From positions 1 through 48,883 of the IMG/VR virus record IMGVR_UViG_3300031616_000011: 48,883 nt of DNA. One strand, 5' to 3'. The stretch is from a virus. The position numbers and the translations under genes were made by a program. The notes under the pieces were generated by a model. The model was not told the DNA's origin. It saw only the letters and a program-made list of their open reading frames with translations, and did not search any database. The stretch's first letter is position 1, and the number at the start of each line of letters is the position of its first letter. Shown one piece after another: positions 15,138 through 22,800 of this stretch.

Positions 15138-15553
15138 CGGGCGGTCTCGCTCTCCTGGATACCCGACTGGCGGGCGGCACGGATTCGGTGCTGCTGGAGC
15201 CGCGCCATGATCGGGCCGAGCACCTCGCGACACTGGGCGGCGCCGCGCTCGATCTGGATGTCTCGGATCATGTCGGGCTCGTACCGTGACGGGAGCGCGA
15301 GCGGCGGCGCGGCGTGGCGTCCGACCTCGCGGCGGCGCCGGTCCTCGCGGGCGACCTTCGCGTGACGGAGCAGGTCGGCGGGCATGATGCGCGCCGACGT
15401 CTCCGTGTAGTGCCTGGTGACGGCGATGAGCGCATCGACGAGATCGACGCGGGCCACGATTTCGTACCACGCGGCAACGTCGGCCTCGCCGATGGTGCGC
15501 TGGTCGAAGGCGGACGCCTTGGCCAGCACGCGGGCGACTTCTGCGGGGGTCAC
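15134..15553 (-). CDS. Replication-module protein, 139 aa (function uncertain)
   Basis: GTG 15553 in a GTGA overlap with the initiator gene. The AAWYEIV..ALIAVTRHYTETSARIMPADLL region resembles replisome-organiser-type accessory proteins, judged from memory only. Confidence 0.55.
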   Translation of the reverse strand: MTPAEVARVLAKASAFDQRTIGEADVAAWYEIVARVDLVDALIAVTRHYTETSARIMPADLLRHAKVAREDRRRREVGRHAAPPLALPSRYEPDMIRDIQIERGAAQCREVLGPIMARLQQHRIRAARQSGIQESETAR

Positions 15554-16350
15554 GCGGGTAGCTCCATTCGTTCGAGGCGCTCGGCGAGCGCGAGGCCTTC
15601 GGCGACGCGGGCGTCGGTGGTGGATGGCTTGTGGCCGCTGGTGCGGTCCTTGCGGGCGGCGATGTCGTCCTGGGCGCGGCGCATCCAGTTCCGCCAGGTC
15701 GCGAACCAGTCCGCCTTGCGGCCCTTGGCGCCGGGCTGGCCGCGCCAGTAGTCGCAGAACCGGTCGTGCTCCGGGAGGCGGACGTCGGGACATTCGGTGC
15801 GGACCCAGTCGCGCATCGCCTCGGTGATGTCGTACGGCTCCGGGAGCCGACTTCCGCGTGGCTCGGAAGATCTCTTCGAAGAAGAGATCTTCTTCTCTGA
15901 CGGATCAAGGACGGTTCCGGGTGCAAGATCTGCGTCATCCCGCCGCACATCCTGCGGGGTGCTGGATGTGCGGGGTGCTAGATGTGCGGGGTGCGAAACC
16001 ACCCATTCTTGTGACAGGTCGGACTTTGCGTGACGCAGGATCTGCGGGGGAGGTGCAAATTCTGCGGGGTGCTGGATTTGCGGGGTGCTGGCCATGACGA
16101 CCCGGTACCGGTTGCATCCCCGCGGTCCGCCGTTGGAGCTCACGAACAACTCGCCGAGCGTCATCAACCCCTTGAGTGCGTACTGCACGGCACGCTCGGA
16201 CAGCCGCGTCTTGCGCATCAGCTCGGTGATCGACGGATATGCGTTCGACCCGTCGTCGCTGGCGCAGTCCGCGATGGCCAGCAGGACGTGGTGCTGCGAC
16301 CCGCGCGCCCGCGAGTGGTCCCAGACCCACGTCATGACCTTTATCGACAC
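15550..16350 (-). CDS. Replication initiator-like protein, N-terminal winged HTH
   Basis: GTG 16350 after GGAGAGGG (ATG alternative 16335). The N-terminus MTWVWDHS..HHVLLAIADCASDDGSNAYPSITELMRKTRLSERAVQYALKGL is wHTH initiator-like. The C-terminus has DYWRG..ADWFATWRNWMRRA. The central linker carries DNA iterons. Confidence 0.72.
   Translation of the reverse strand: MSIKVMTWVWDHSRARGSQHHVLLAIADCASDDGSNAYPSITELMRKTRLSERAVQYALKGLMTLGELFVSSNGGPRGCNRYRVVMASTPQIQHPAEFAPPPQILRHAKSDLSQEWVVSHPAHLAPRTSSTPQDVRRDDADLAPGTVLDPSEKKISSSKRSSEPRGSRLPEPYDITEAMRDWVRTECPDVRLPEHDRFCDYWRGQPGAKGRKADWFATWRNWMRRAQDDIAARKDRTSGHKPSTTDARVAEGLALAERLERMELPA
15953..16093. repeat. Iteron cluster (six copies of TGCGGGGTGC-type repeat); candidate replication origin
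   Basis: Copies start at 15953, 15969, 15985, 16043, 16063 and 16079, mostly 16-nt phased. They lie inside the linker of the initiator gene. Confidence 0.6.
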
Positions 16351-16529
16351 TCGTCGCCCTCTCCGATGATCCTGTCGCTGATGTCGTCCTGCGGCGTCTC
16401 TGGCAGCTCGTGCACCGCGTTCGACCGGGGCAGCCCGCACGTCCCGCACGCCGCGTACGCGCCCGTCCAGTCCGTGCCCAACTCGCCGGACGGGTAGAAC
16501 GGGTGCACCGGCCTATCCACCGCGCTCAC
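16341..16529 (-). CDS. Hypothetical protein, 62 aa
   Basis: GTG start overlaps the whiB stop. The ORF ends just before or overlapping the initiator start. Confidence 0.45.
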   Translation of the reverse strand: MSAVDRPVHPFYPSGELGTDWTGAYAACGTCGLPRSNAVHELPETPQDDISDRIIGEGDECR

Positions 16530-16770
16530 CCCGGATCCGTTTCCGGTCCGCGCCTGTGGTCGCGCCGAAAATGCCGACCAAGTCCGTCACCGGGATAGCC
16601 CACTCCCGGCACTGGACCTCCAACGGGCACCTGCGGCAGATCTCTTTCGCCTCCCGTGCCGCCCACGGATAGCCCTGCTTCGGGAAGAACAGGTCTACGT
16701 CCTCGCCCTTGCAGGCACAGCGGGGATCGTCAGCATGTGGTGGTAGACCCACCGTCGACAGGCTCGTCAC
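16513..16770 (-). CDS. whiB: WhiB-family (Wbl) transcription factor
   Basis: 85 aa from GTG 16770 (GTGA overlap). Four Cys in the Wbl pattern (CACKGEDVDLFFP .. AKEICRRCPLEVQCREWA). Confidence 0.85.
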   Translation of the reverse strand: MTSLSTVGLPPHADDPRCACKGEDVDLFFPKQGYPWAAREAKEICRRCPLEVQCREWAIPVTDLVGIFGATTGADRKRIRGERGG

Positions 16771-17093
16771 TGCGGCTCCCTGGTGTGCATCTCCAACCGC
16801 ACCGCCGTCATCGGCCGCCCGTGACACGACTGACCTACCCGCCACGTCCGGTCCTGGCAGGTCTCGCACCACCACGAGTCCCACGCGAGGATCAGCGACG
16901 TCGGGGTGAGGTCTGAAAGCTCATCGACGAGCAGCAGGGCGGGGGGCTCGACCTCCTCCTCCTCGATGCGCTCTTGGTCGAAGCCCTCGCAGGAGTCGTG
17001 CCGGAAACACACCAGGACGACCGCTCCACGGCCCAACTCGGGGCGGTGCCGGCGGTACGGGCACCCGCAGGTGCACAGGGCCTCAGCGTCCAT
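16767..17093 (-). CDS. Cys-rich hypothetical protein, 108 aa
   Basis: ATG 17093 after GGAGG. Contains CTCGCPYRRH and WWCETC motifs. Confidence 0.55.
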   Translation of the reverse strand: MDAEALCTCGCPYRRHRPELGRGAVVLVCFRHDSCEGFDQERIEEEEVEPPALLLVDELSDLTPTSLILAWDSWWCETCQDRTWRVGQSCHGRPMTAVRLEMHTREPQ

Positions 17094-17499
17094 CTGGTGC
17101 CTCCGGGAGGTGGACGTCCTCGACCGGCCTATATCCACCATCGTCAGTGAGCAGGACCCACCGTCGGGTCCAAATACGCACCGGAGTAGCGGCCGGGCTC
17201 TTCGACTGCGCGACCAACCACCCCGCGTTGTAGGCCGTCGTGCGGTACTTCTCGACAAACTCGTGGTGGGCGCGGCACAGCAACAGCAGGTTCTCGATGC
17301 CGTTCGTGTCCCGGCGTTTGGAGCCGCCCATCTGGCGGGGCCGGCGGTGATGCACGTGCCAGTCGTCGCCGCGGTCGCCGTGCAGCTCCTCGTTGCCGAT
17401 CTCGCACCGGCCCTGCCCGCGGGCGACGAGCGCCTCCACGGTGAGGGCGTCCGGGCCCGTCGCGCGGCGGACCGGTGAGCGATGGTTCCGGATCGTCAT
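17083..17499 (-). CDS. HNH endonuclease (second copy, early region)
   Basis: 138 aa with the core HVHHRRPRQMGG .. NLLLLCRAHHEFV. Confidence 0.85.
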   Translation of the reverse strand: MTIRNHRSPVRRATGPDALTVEALVARGQGRCEIGNEELHGDRGDDWHVHHRRPRQMGGSKRRDTNGIENLLLLCRAHHEFVEKYRTTAYNAGWLVAQSKSPAATPVRIWTRRWVLLTDDGGYRPVEDVHLPEAPDGR

Positions 17500-18236
17500 G
17501 CCGCACCTGCCATGATCAGTCGGCCGACCAGTTCCGAGACCTGCGGCACGACGGCGTTCCCGAGCGCCTTCACTCGGGCCGGCTCCAGTTCGTCGGGAAT
17601 CCCATCAGCCACTCGACCGCTTCGGCGGGTGGCCTCCATGAGTCCGTCGACCGGATGTAGCCACTGACCCGCTCCTCCGTTGAGGGCTTCCAGCGCCCCC
17701 CCCGGCCGATTCCCCAGCCGCGGCGTCCCATTGCCGCCAGCGGTGTAGGCCACCACGAACAGCCGCTCACGCACGTGTGGTGCACCCACGGCGCACGCGG
17801 ATAGCACCGACCACTCCGCATCGAACCCGAGCGTGGCCAGCTCACCGAGGATCCAGCCGAAAGCGTCCCCGCCGAAAAGGTCAAGGAGAGCTGGCGGGTT
17901 CTCCACGACGACGACCTCCGGTTCCACTCCGCGAACCACGTCGAAGAGCCAGGGCCATCCCCAGCGCGGATCCCCGTCGCCGAGACGACGGCCCGCACGG
18001 CTGGCGGGCTGGCATGGTGGGCCGCCGGCGACAAGGCGAACAGTTGGCCTTGAATCGCCTCGCCACCAGGCAACGGCGCTTCGGACGTCGTCATGTCGCA
18101 GCACCTCCGGCCAGTGTTTCGCCAGCACGCGCCGGCAGAACGGATCGATCTCCACCTGGCCGACGACGGTCATGCCGGCGCGCTCCAGCCCGAGCTCCAG
18201 TCCGCCGATCCCGGAAAACAGCGACAGCACGTTCAC
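17496..18236 (-). CDS. dcm: DNA (cytosine-5)-methyltransferase
   Basis: 246 aa from GTG 18236 (AGGAGA upstream, GTGA overlap). Motif I LFSGIGG, motif IV GGPPCQ, ENP, and motif X GNAVVPQ. Confidence 0.9.
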   Translation of the reverse strand: MNVLSLFSGIGGLELGLERAGMTVVGQVEIDPFCRRVLAKHWPEVLRHDDVRSAVAWWRGDSRPTVRLVAGGPPCQPASRAGRRLGDGDPRWGWPWLFDVVRGVEPEVVVVENPPALLDLFGGDAFGWILGELATLGFDAEWSVLSACAVGAPHVRERLFVVAYTAGGNGTPRLGNRPGGALEALNGGAGQWLHPVDGLMEATRRSGRVADGIPDELEPARVKALGNAVVPQVSELVGRLIMAGAA

Positions 18237-18595
18237 CGCGGTCTCCTGTACTGCTCGGTAGGGGCGTCCGGAGGACGGGACCTCGCCAGCTGCTCCGGGG
18301 TCACCTGTGCGGTCGGCTCCTCGGCGAGCCGGCGTGCCTGCTCGACTCCCTGCCTCAGGTAGCGGTCCAGGCCGGCGTGCCGCACCGCCTGGGCGAGCGC
18401 GTACCGCAGGCGGGCGGCCTCGACCGCGTGTGCGGACCTCTCCTCGGCGAGCTTTTTCAGAGCCTCGGCCAGGGCGTCGCGGAGTCCCTCGATCTGCGCG
18501 TCCCGGACGTCGAACTGCGCACCGAGGAACGTGACCTCGTCGACGGAGCGGTGGACCCCCGGCGTGCGGCGGCGGGACAGCCATACCCGGATCAC
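18233..18595 (-). CDS. Coiled-coil hypothetical protein, 120 aa
   Basis: GTG start in a GTGA overlap. Heptad-like Ala/Leu/Glu/Arg composition. Confidence 0.6.
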   Translation of the reverse strand: MIRVWLSRRRTPGVHRSVDEVTFLGAQFDVRDAQIEGLRDALAEALKKLAEERSAHAVEAARLRYALAQAVRHAGLDRYLRQGVEQARRLAEEPTAQVTPEQLARSRPPDAPTEQYRRPR

Positions 18596-19026
18596 GGCTG
18601 CCGCCTTCCGTAGCCGCGCGGGGTCATCGTGAGAGTCAGTGCCGTCGACTTCATAACAGCGGCGATGTACGGTCCGTTGACCTCGGGCATCTCGTCGATG
18701 AGCGCGTCGTATGCCGGCCCGTCGTGGGCCGCTCGGGCAGCGACGAGACGGCCGCCCCAGACGGCCTCGGATGGCGCCTCATGCGCGCCCTCGGTGACCG
18801 AGTCGACCTGGAGCATCTGCATGTTCACCCGACCGGTCCAGGGCCCGTCGTAGACGTGATCGGCGAAGATGTCGCACCATCGGAGCAGCGCCAGGTATAG
18901 CCCCTCGGCACCGCACTCGTTGGAGATGCGGACGATCAGGTCCCGTGCGGCATCGTGGCGTTCATCGGCCTCGGCGCGCACGGCCGCGTCGGCGAGCCGG
19001 ACCGCCTTGCGGTAGTCCTCCTTCAC
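18592..19026 (-). CDS. Hypothetical protein, 144 aa
   Basis: GTG start in a GTGA overlap. Balanced composition. Confidence 0.7.
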   Translation of the reverse strand: MKEDYRKAVRLADAAVRAEADERHDAARDLIVRISNECGAEGLYLALLRWCDIFADHVYDGPWTGRVNMQMLQVDSVTEGAHEAPSEAVWGGRLVAARAAHDGPAYDALIDEMPEVNGPYIAAVMKSTALTLTMTPRGYGRRQP

Positions 19027-19400
19027 GGCCTCTCCTTCGGTGCGTTCTTGGTCCTGGGGAAGAGCGCGGCGAGGAGCGCATCAGCGCGTGGCGTGCCCGG
19101 CGTGACGAACGCGGCCTCGGCGCCGTCCGCCCGGGCGAGGCGCCGCAGCTCGGCGACCTCGTCCAGCGCGAGGATGGTCCGGGCGACCGCCTCGGCGTCG
19201 TCGGTCAGCTCGGGTGCCTCGGCCAGCCCCTGCTCGGCGACGGCGAGGATGTCTCCGTCGTGGTCGAACTCGGGTGCCTGCCCGATCGGTGGTTTCGGCT
19301 TCCGCGCCGGGTCGCCGGCGACGAGCAGGTATGTGGCGATGGTCGTGATGGCGATGGCGTACATGGCGAAAATGCCGATCAGCCAGGGCTGGAAGTTCAC
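19023..19400 (-). CDS. Membrane protein, about 125 aa (N-terminal TM)
   Basis: GTG 19400 (or 19403) overlaps the upstream TGA. TM segment WLIGIFAMYAIAITTIATYLLV. Confidence 0.6.
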   Translation of the reverse strand: MNFQPWLIGIFAMYAIAITTIATYLLVAGDPARKPKPPIGQAPEFDHDGDILAVAEQGLAEAPELTDDAEAVARTILALDEVAELRRLARADGAEAAFVTPGTPRADALLAALFPRTKNAPKERP

Positions 19401-19654
19401 CACGGCTTCGGCCGTTCCCGCGCGACGAGCAGCCACACCGCACCGCGTTCGTCGAAGTCGGGATACCCGACCCAGTACGAACCCTCATGGTTGGCGGTGA
19501 TCTCGGCGACTGCCGCGTACAGCATCAGGGCCCGGTTCGTCACGTCGGTACGGGTGTCGTTGTGCAGCGCGGCCGCCTTGTCGAGCGCGGACCGGGCCGC
19601 CGGCGTGAGGTTCACCGTGAACTTCGTCAGGTCATTCCTCAGTTCGTCGGCCAT
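19397..19654 (-). CDS. Ribbon-helix-helix-like DNA-binding protein, 85 aa
   Basis: FTVNLTPAARSALDKAAALHNDTRTDVTNRALMLYA looks like a CopG/Arc-type RHH. Confidence 0.55.
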   Translation of the reverse strand: MADELRNDLTKFTVNLTPAARSALDKAAALHNDTRTDVTNRALMLYAAVAEITANHEGSYWVGYPDFDERGAVWLLVARERPKPW

Positions 19655-19974
19655 GTCCTGTCCTTCCCGGCTGCACGTTCGACGAGGTAGGCGGTGCCGT
19701 ACACGAGGGCCCGGTTCAGGAAGTAGCCGTCATCGCTGGCGGCCTTCAACAGCCGGGCGTCCGTCGACGCCCGGATGTCGCTCGTCACCCGGGTGCGGCC
19801 CATCTTCTTGCCCTGCTCCCGGTGCTGGGCCTGGACTCGGACGTATGTGGCTTCGGCCTCCTCGGCAAGTCGGAGGCTTTCCCGGTGCTCGTCGAGGAGA
19901 TGCTGGAGTGTCGCCGGCACGGTGGCGCCCCGGTCGCGGAACCGGCCGCCGAGGTCGCGGAGGTCGTCGCTCAC
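19639..19974 (-). CDS. Hypothetical protein, 111 aa (possible RHH-like C-terminal half)
   Basis: GTG start in a GTGA overlap. RVTSDIRASTDARLLKAASDDGYFLNRALVYG. Confidence 0.55.
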   Translation of the reverse strand: MSDDLRDLGGRFRDRGATVPATLQHLLDEHRESLRLAEEAEATYVRVQAQHREQGKKMGRTRVTSDIRASTDARLLKAASDDGYFLNRALVYGTAYLVERAAGKDRTWPTN

Positions 19975-20432
19975 GGTCCCTCCAGGATCGGAAGGCGGAC
20001 GTTCTGGACCGGCCGCCAGTCCGGGTCGGGCTCGGCGCCGAGGATCAGCCGGGCTGCGACGAGGAGCGGGTGCTCGGGGCCATGCTGCGAGGCTTCGAGC
20101 ATCAGCTTCTGGAACGCCTCGTCGGTGCCGTTGCCGAAGTCGCTGGCGGCCTGGTCCATTGCGTCGGCCAGGGCCAGCCCGACGCCGGGGTGCACAGTGG
20201 CGATCCAGGCCATGTCCCCGTCCGGCGAGTAGTCGCCACGCGGGTAGCAGTCGCCTGCTGGTGCCGCGATCCCGCCGCCCTCAACGCCGTCGCCGAGGGT
20301 GTAGACCTCGCCGCATCCCATGTGCTCGTAGCCGGGTCCGTGACCGGTGTGCTTCCACGGACCCGGCGTCGCATCCTCAGCGCGCTGGCGTAGGAGTACA
20401 GCAGCGGAGCGCAGCTCCTCGACCGGTGTCAT
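19971..20432 (-). CDS. Hypothetical protein, 153 aa (possible ead/Ea22-like)
   Basis: The N-terminal LRQRAEDATPGPW motif is recalled from ead/Ea22-like actinophage proteins. Not verified. Confidence 0.6.
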   Translation of the reverse strand: MTPVEELRSAAVLLRQRAEDATPGPWKHTGHGPGYEHMGCGEVYTLGDGVEGGGIAAPAGDCYPRGDYSPDGDMAWIATVHPGVGLALADAMDQAASDFGNGTDEAFQKLMLEASQHGPEHPLLVAARLILGAEPDPDWRPVQNVRLPILEGP

Positions 20433-20587
20433 GCCGCTTCCTTCCGTCGAATGTGGACCGTGTCCGGTCGTGCCGCCCTGCCGTCGCGTAGCGCCTCGTC
20501 GAGCCGCGTCGGGAACTCGATCGGGGGCAGCAGTGCACGCTCGTCGACGGGCTCGTCTGGCTGCTCGGTGATGGGTAGGACGCTCAC
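20429..20587 (-). CDS. Small protein, 52 aa
   Basis: Below the track cutoff. GTGA overlap at the start and ATGA overlap at the stop. Translation: VSVLPITEQPDEPVDERALLPPIEFPTRLDEALRDGRAARPDTVHIRRKEAA. Confidence 0.4.
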   Translation of the reverse strand: MSVLPITEQPDEPVDERALLPPIEFPTRLDEALRDGRAARPDTVHIRRKEAA

Positions 20588-20811
20588 GACGGCCCGCCCT
20601 TCGCGCGCTCCTCGATGAGCAGCAGCGAGGCGAACGCGGCGATCGAGCAGACCTGGATGCGGTCCATCTCCGGCTCGTCGATCAGCCCCTTGAGGACGCC
20701 GAGATAGGCGTTGTGGCGCGTCATGCCGACGGTCGCGGCGCGAACCGACTCAAGGCCAGCCTCGAACTCACGCTGCCCCTCGTCGATCAGGGCGCCCATC
20801 TCCTCGCTCAT
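20584..20811 (-). CDS. Hypothetical protein, 75 aa
   Basis: ATG 20811 in an ATGA overlap (MSEEMGALIDEGQREFEAGL). The rest of the track ORF is an Arg/Pro shadow. Confidence 0.55.
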   Translation of the reverse strand: MSEEMGALIDEGQREFEAGLESVRAATVGMTRHNAYLGVLKGLIDEPEMDRIQVCSIAAFASLLLIEERAKGGPS

Positions 20812-21548
20812 CGCGCGGCACCTGCTTTCGCCTCTGCGACGATCGCGGCCAGCTCGGCGGCGGCCATCTCCACGGACGGGTCGTCGACGTCCTCGTGGGC
20901 GTGCCGGCGGGCCTCGAGCAGGAACGGGAGCCGTTCCTCGCCGCGCAGCCAGTCGTCGATCGTGCCGTCCGTCGCCGAGGCGTGGAACCCGGCGACGGCC
21001 GCGTCGTGCCGGCGGCGACTCTCCCGGTACTCGTCCTCCCACAGGGCTTCGTCGTGCAGGTCGGCCATCTTGCGCTCCGCCTCGGTGGGTTCGGCCAACT
21101 CCGGTGAGGGCTCGTCGTGCAGCAGCCCGTCGAGCCCGGTCTCCTCGTCGACTTCGACGTGCTCGACGGGCGCCGGCTCCTCGAACTCCGGGATCGGTAC
21201 CTGCATCGGCATCGGGTCGGGGTCGCGGGGCAGGTCGGCGCGCGGCCGGCGGGGAGGCCGGACATGGTTGTTGAACGCCGGGTACTCCTCGGTGTGCTCC
21301 TGGATGGCGGGGAGGCGGATCACCTCCGTTGGTGCGTCGGCGAGGCGGGACAGGGCCGCGTACCGCGGTGAGCCGGTCGCATCCCAGTCCGTGTCCCGGG
21401 TGGTGGGTAGCGGATCGTCGACACGGTGGGTGCCGCCGGTCTCGATGGGTCGTGAAGCCCACCGGTCCAGGAGCCATCCGACAGCGACGACGAGCAGGAT
21501 GGCGCCGAGACCGCAGGCGCCGATCGCCATCCAGAACATCCAGTTCAC
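20808..21548 (-). CDS. Membrane protein, 246 aa (N-terminal TM, acidic C-terminal region)
   Basis: GTG 21548 in a GTGA overlap. TM segment WMFWMAIGACGLGAILLVVAVGWLL. Confidence 0.65.
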   Translation of the reverse strand: MNWMFWMAIGACGLGAILLVVAVGWLLDRWASRPIETGGTHRVDDPLPTTRDTDWDATGSPRYAALSRLADAPTEVIRLPAIQEHTEEYPAFNNHVRPPRRPRADLPRDPDPMPMQVPIPEFEEPAPVEHVEVDEETGLDGLLHDEPSPELAEPTEAERKMADLHDEALWEDEYRESRRRHDAAVAGFHASATDGTIDDWLRGEERLPFLLEARRHAHEDVDDPSVEMAAAELAAIVAEAKAGAAR

Positions 21549-21904
21549 GATGTGGTCCTCTCCAGGTAGCGGTAGCGGAGGTGTTCCATGTCGTCGTAGT
21601 CGCCGATGAAGTCCGAGGCCGGGTCCGGGGTTTCGACGTCGACGAACTCGTGGTCGTGCTCGACGAGCCCGTCGGTGATGACCACGACGTCCCGATCTAG
21701 CCGGATCCACTCCCGGTCCACGCGGACGGTCGCGTCGGGGAACAGTGAACAGAGGTAGGCGACCAGCGGGCACGACTGGCACATGCCCCGGTCGCCGTGG
21801 ATGCCGCGCTGCCGCAGTGCCTCGGCGACCTCCTCGGAGGTGTTACCGAGGACGTCGAGCGCTGCCGTGACGCCCTCTTCGGTGAAGTCGTAGGGATCAG
21901 CCAT
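21545..21904 (-). CDS. Hypothetical protein, 119 aa
   Basis: ATG 21904 (GTG alternative at 21913). Acidic composition, with a CQSCP motif. Confidence 0.65.
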   Translation of the reverse strand: MADPYDFTEEGVTAALDVLGNTSEEVAEALRQRGIHGDRGMCQSCPLVAYLCSLFPDATVRVDREWIRLDRDVVVITDGLVEHDHEFVDVETPDPASDFIGDYDDMEHLRYRYLERTTS

Positions 21905-21992
21905 CGTCGTCACTGCCGTTGGCCGCCAACACGACCATCACGAAGACGAACATGGCCGCCCCGCAGAGGAGGATCCCGACGGTGCTACCCAC
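21897..21992 (-). CDS. Possible micro-protein, 31 aa, single TM
   Basis: GTG overlaps the upstream TAG and its stop overlaps the next ATG. Translation: VGSTVGILLCGAAMFVFVMVVLAANGSDDDG. Confidence 0.25.
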   Translation of the reverse strand: MGSTVGILLCGAAMFVFVMVVLAANGSDDDG

Positions 21993-22092
21993 GGCGGTCC
22001 ACCTCGTCCGGCGCTTCGGGGCTACCGGCGATGGCGAATCCGGTGAAGAGCGCAGCGAGGAGGAGCAGCGCGGCCAGCGCGATCCCGTTCAC
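21985..22092 (-). CDS. Possible micro-protein, 35 aa, single TM
   Basis: GTGA overlap with the upstream gene. Translation: VNGIALAALLLLAALFTGFAIAGSPEAPDEVDRRG. Confidence 0.3.
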   Translation of the reverse strand: MNGIALAALLLLAALFTGFAIAGSPEAPDEVDRRG

Positions 22093-22310
22093 CGGATCGC
22101 CTCGCGCCACGGATCGCCGATCGACGGCGCAGCGATGGCGATGGCCTGCACAGCCGTCGCAGCGGTGAGCGCGAGCGTGGCGTGGACCTGCGCCGCAGCC
22201 ACGATCTCCTCGACGGTCAGCCAGTTCGGCACCGCCCGTTCGCGCGCCGGGATGCGGGCCTGCGCCAGCAGCTGCTCGGCTTCGCGGTAGTGCTCCGCGC
22301 CCATGCTCAT
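22089..22310 (-). CDS. Hypothetical protein, 73 aa
   Basis: ATG 22310 in an ATGA overlap (MSMGAEHYREAEQLLAQAR). Confidence 0.55.
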   Translation of the reverse strand: MSMGAEHYREAEQLLAQARIPARERAVPNWLTVEEIVAAAQVHATLALTAATAVQAIAIAAPSIGDPWREAIR

Positions 22311-22522
22311 GCGACCCTCGCGTACTCGCACGACGTGCAGGAGCAGCACACGTAGCAGCAGTCGCAGTAGGGGTCTTCGGGGTCATTGCAGTAGCCCTTG
22401 CTACAGGCGCACTCGCCGTCGCAATCGTCCTCCTCGACGCGGGCTGCTCCGGCGGCCTCGTAGGCGGCGACGTCGTAGCCGACCACGGCCGGGTCCTCGC
22501 GGTACTGCGGGTCGTCGTTCAC
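22307..22522 (-). CDS. Cysteine-rich small protein, 71 aa (12 Cys in the last 38 residues)
   Basis: GTG start in a GTGA overlap. C-terminus CDGECACSKGYCNDPEDPYCDCCYVCCSCTSCEY. Confidence 0.6.
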   Translation of the reverse strand: MNDDPQYREDPAVVGYDVAAYEAAGAARVEEDDCDGECACSKGYCNDPEDPYCDCCYVCCSCTSCEYARVA

Positions 22523-22800
22523 CGTCGTCCCCTCTCGATAGCCGCCCGGCCGAACTCGTTGTCGGCGGGCTGGAAGTAGTTGCGTTGCGGGGACCAGTCG
22601 TTGCGGTAGCCGTCACGGGGGACCGGTTCGATCCACTTGTGGTGGAGCAGCTCCCCGACGCGGCGGGTGACCTTGTAGCCGGTCACCTTGTCCCAGACCT
22701 CGCCGGCCTCGCCGTAGATCCGACCGGGCACCTGAACGGCGGCGACGAGCTTGAGGCGCACCGGGGTCGGGTACAGGCCGTTGATCTCGCCCTCCATCAC
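22519..22800 (-). CDS. Hypothetical protein, about 92 aa
   Basis: Start at 22800 (GTG) or 22797 (ATG) overlapping the upstream stop. Balanced composition. Confidence 0.65.
   Translation of the reverse strand: MMEGEINGLYPTPVRLKLVAAVQVPGRIYGEAGEVWDKVTGYKVTRRVGELLHHKWIEPVPRDGYRNDWSPQRNYFQPADNEFGRAAIERGRR

Noticed and set aside
15953-16093. A CRISPR-like array (also considered for the 42881..43672 repeats)
   Set aside because: The repeats are 10-15 nt with 16-nt phasing and no unique spacers of regular length. Both sets lie inside coding sequence, and there are no cas genes. They are better explained as origin iterons and as coding tandem repeats.
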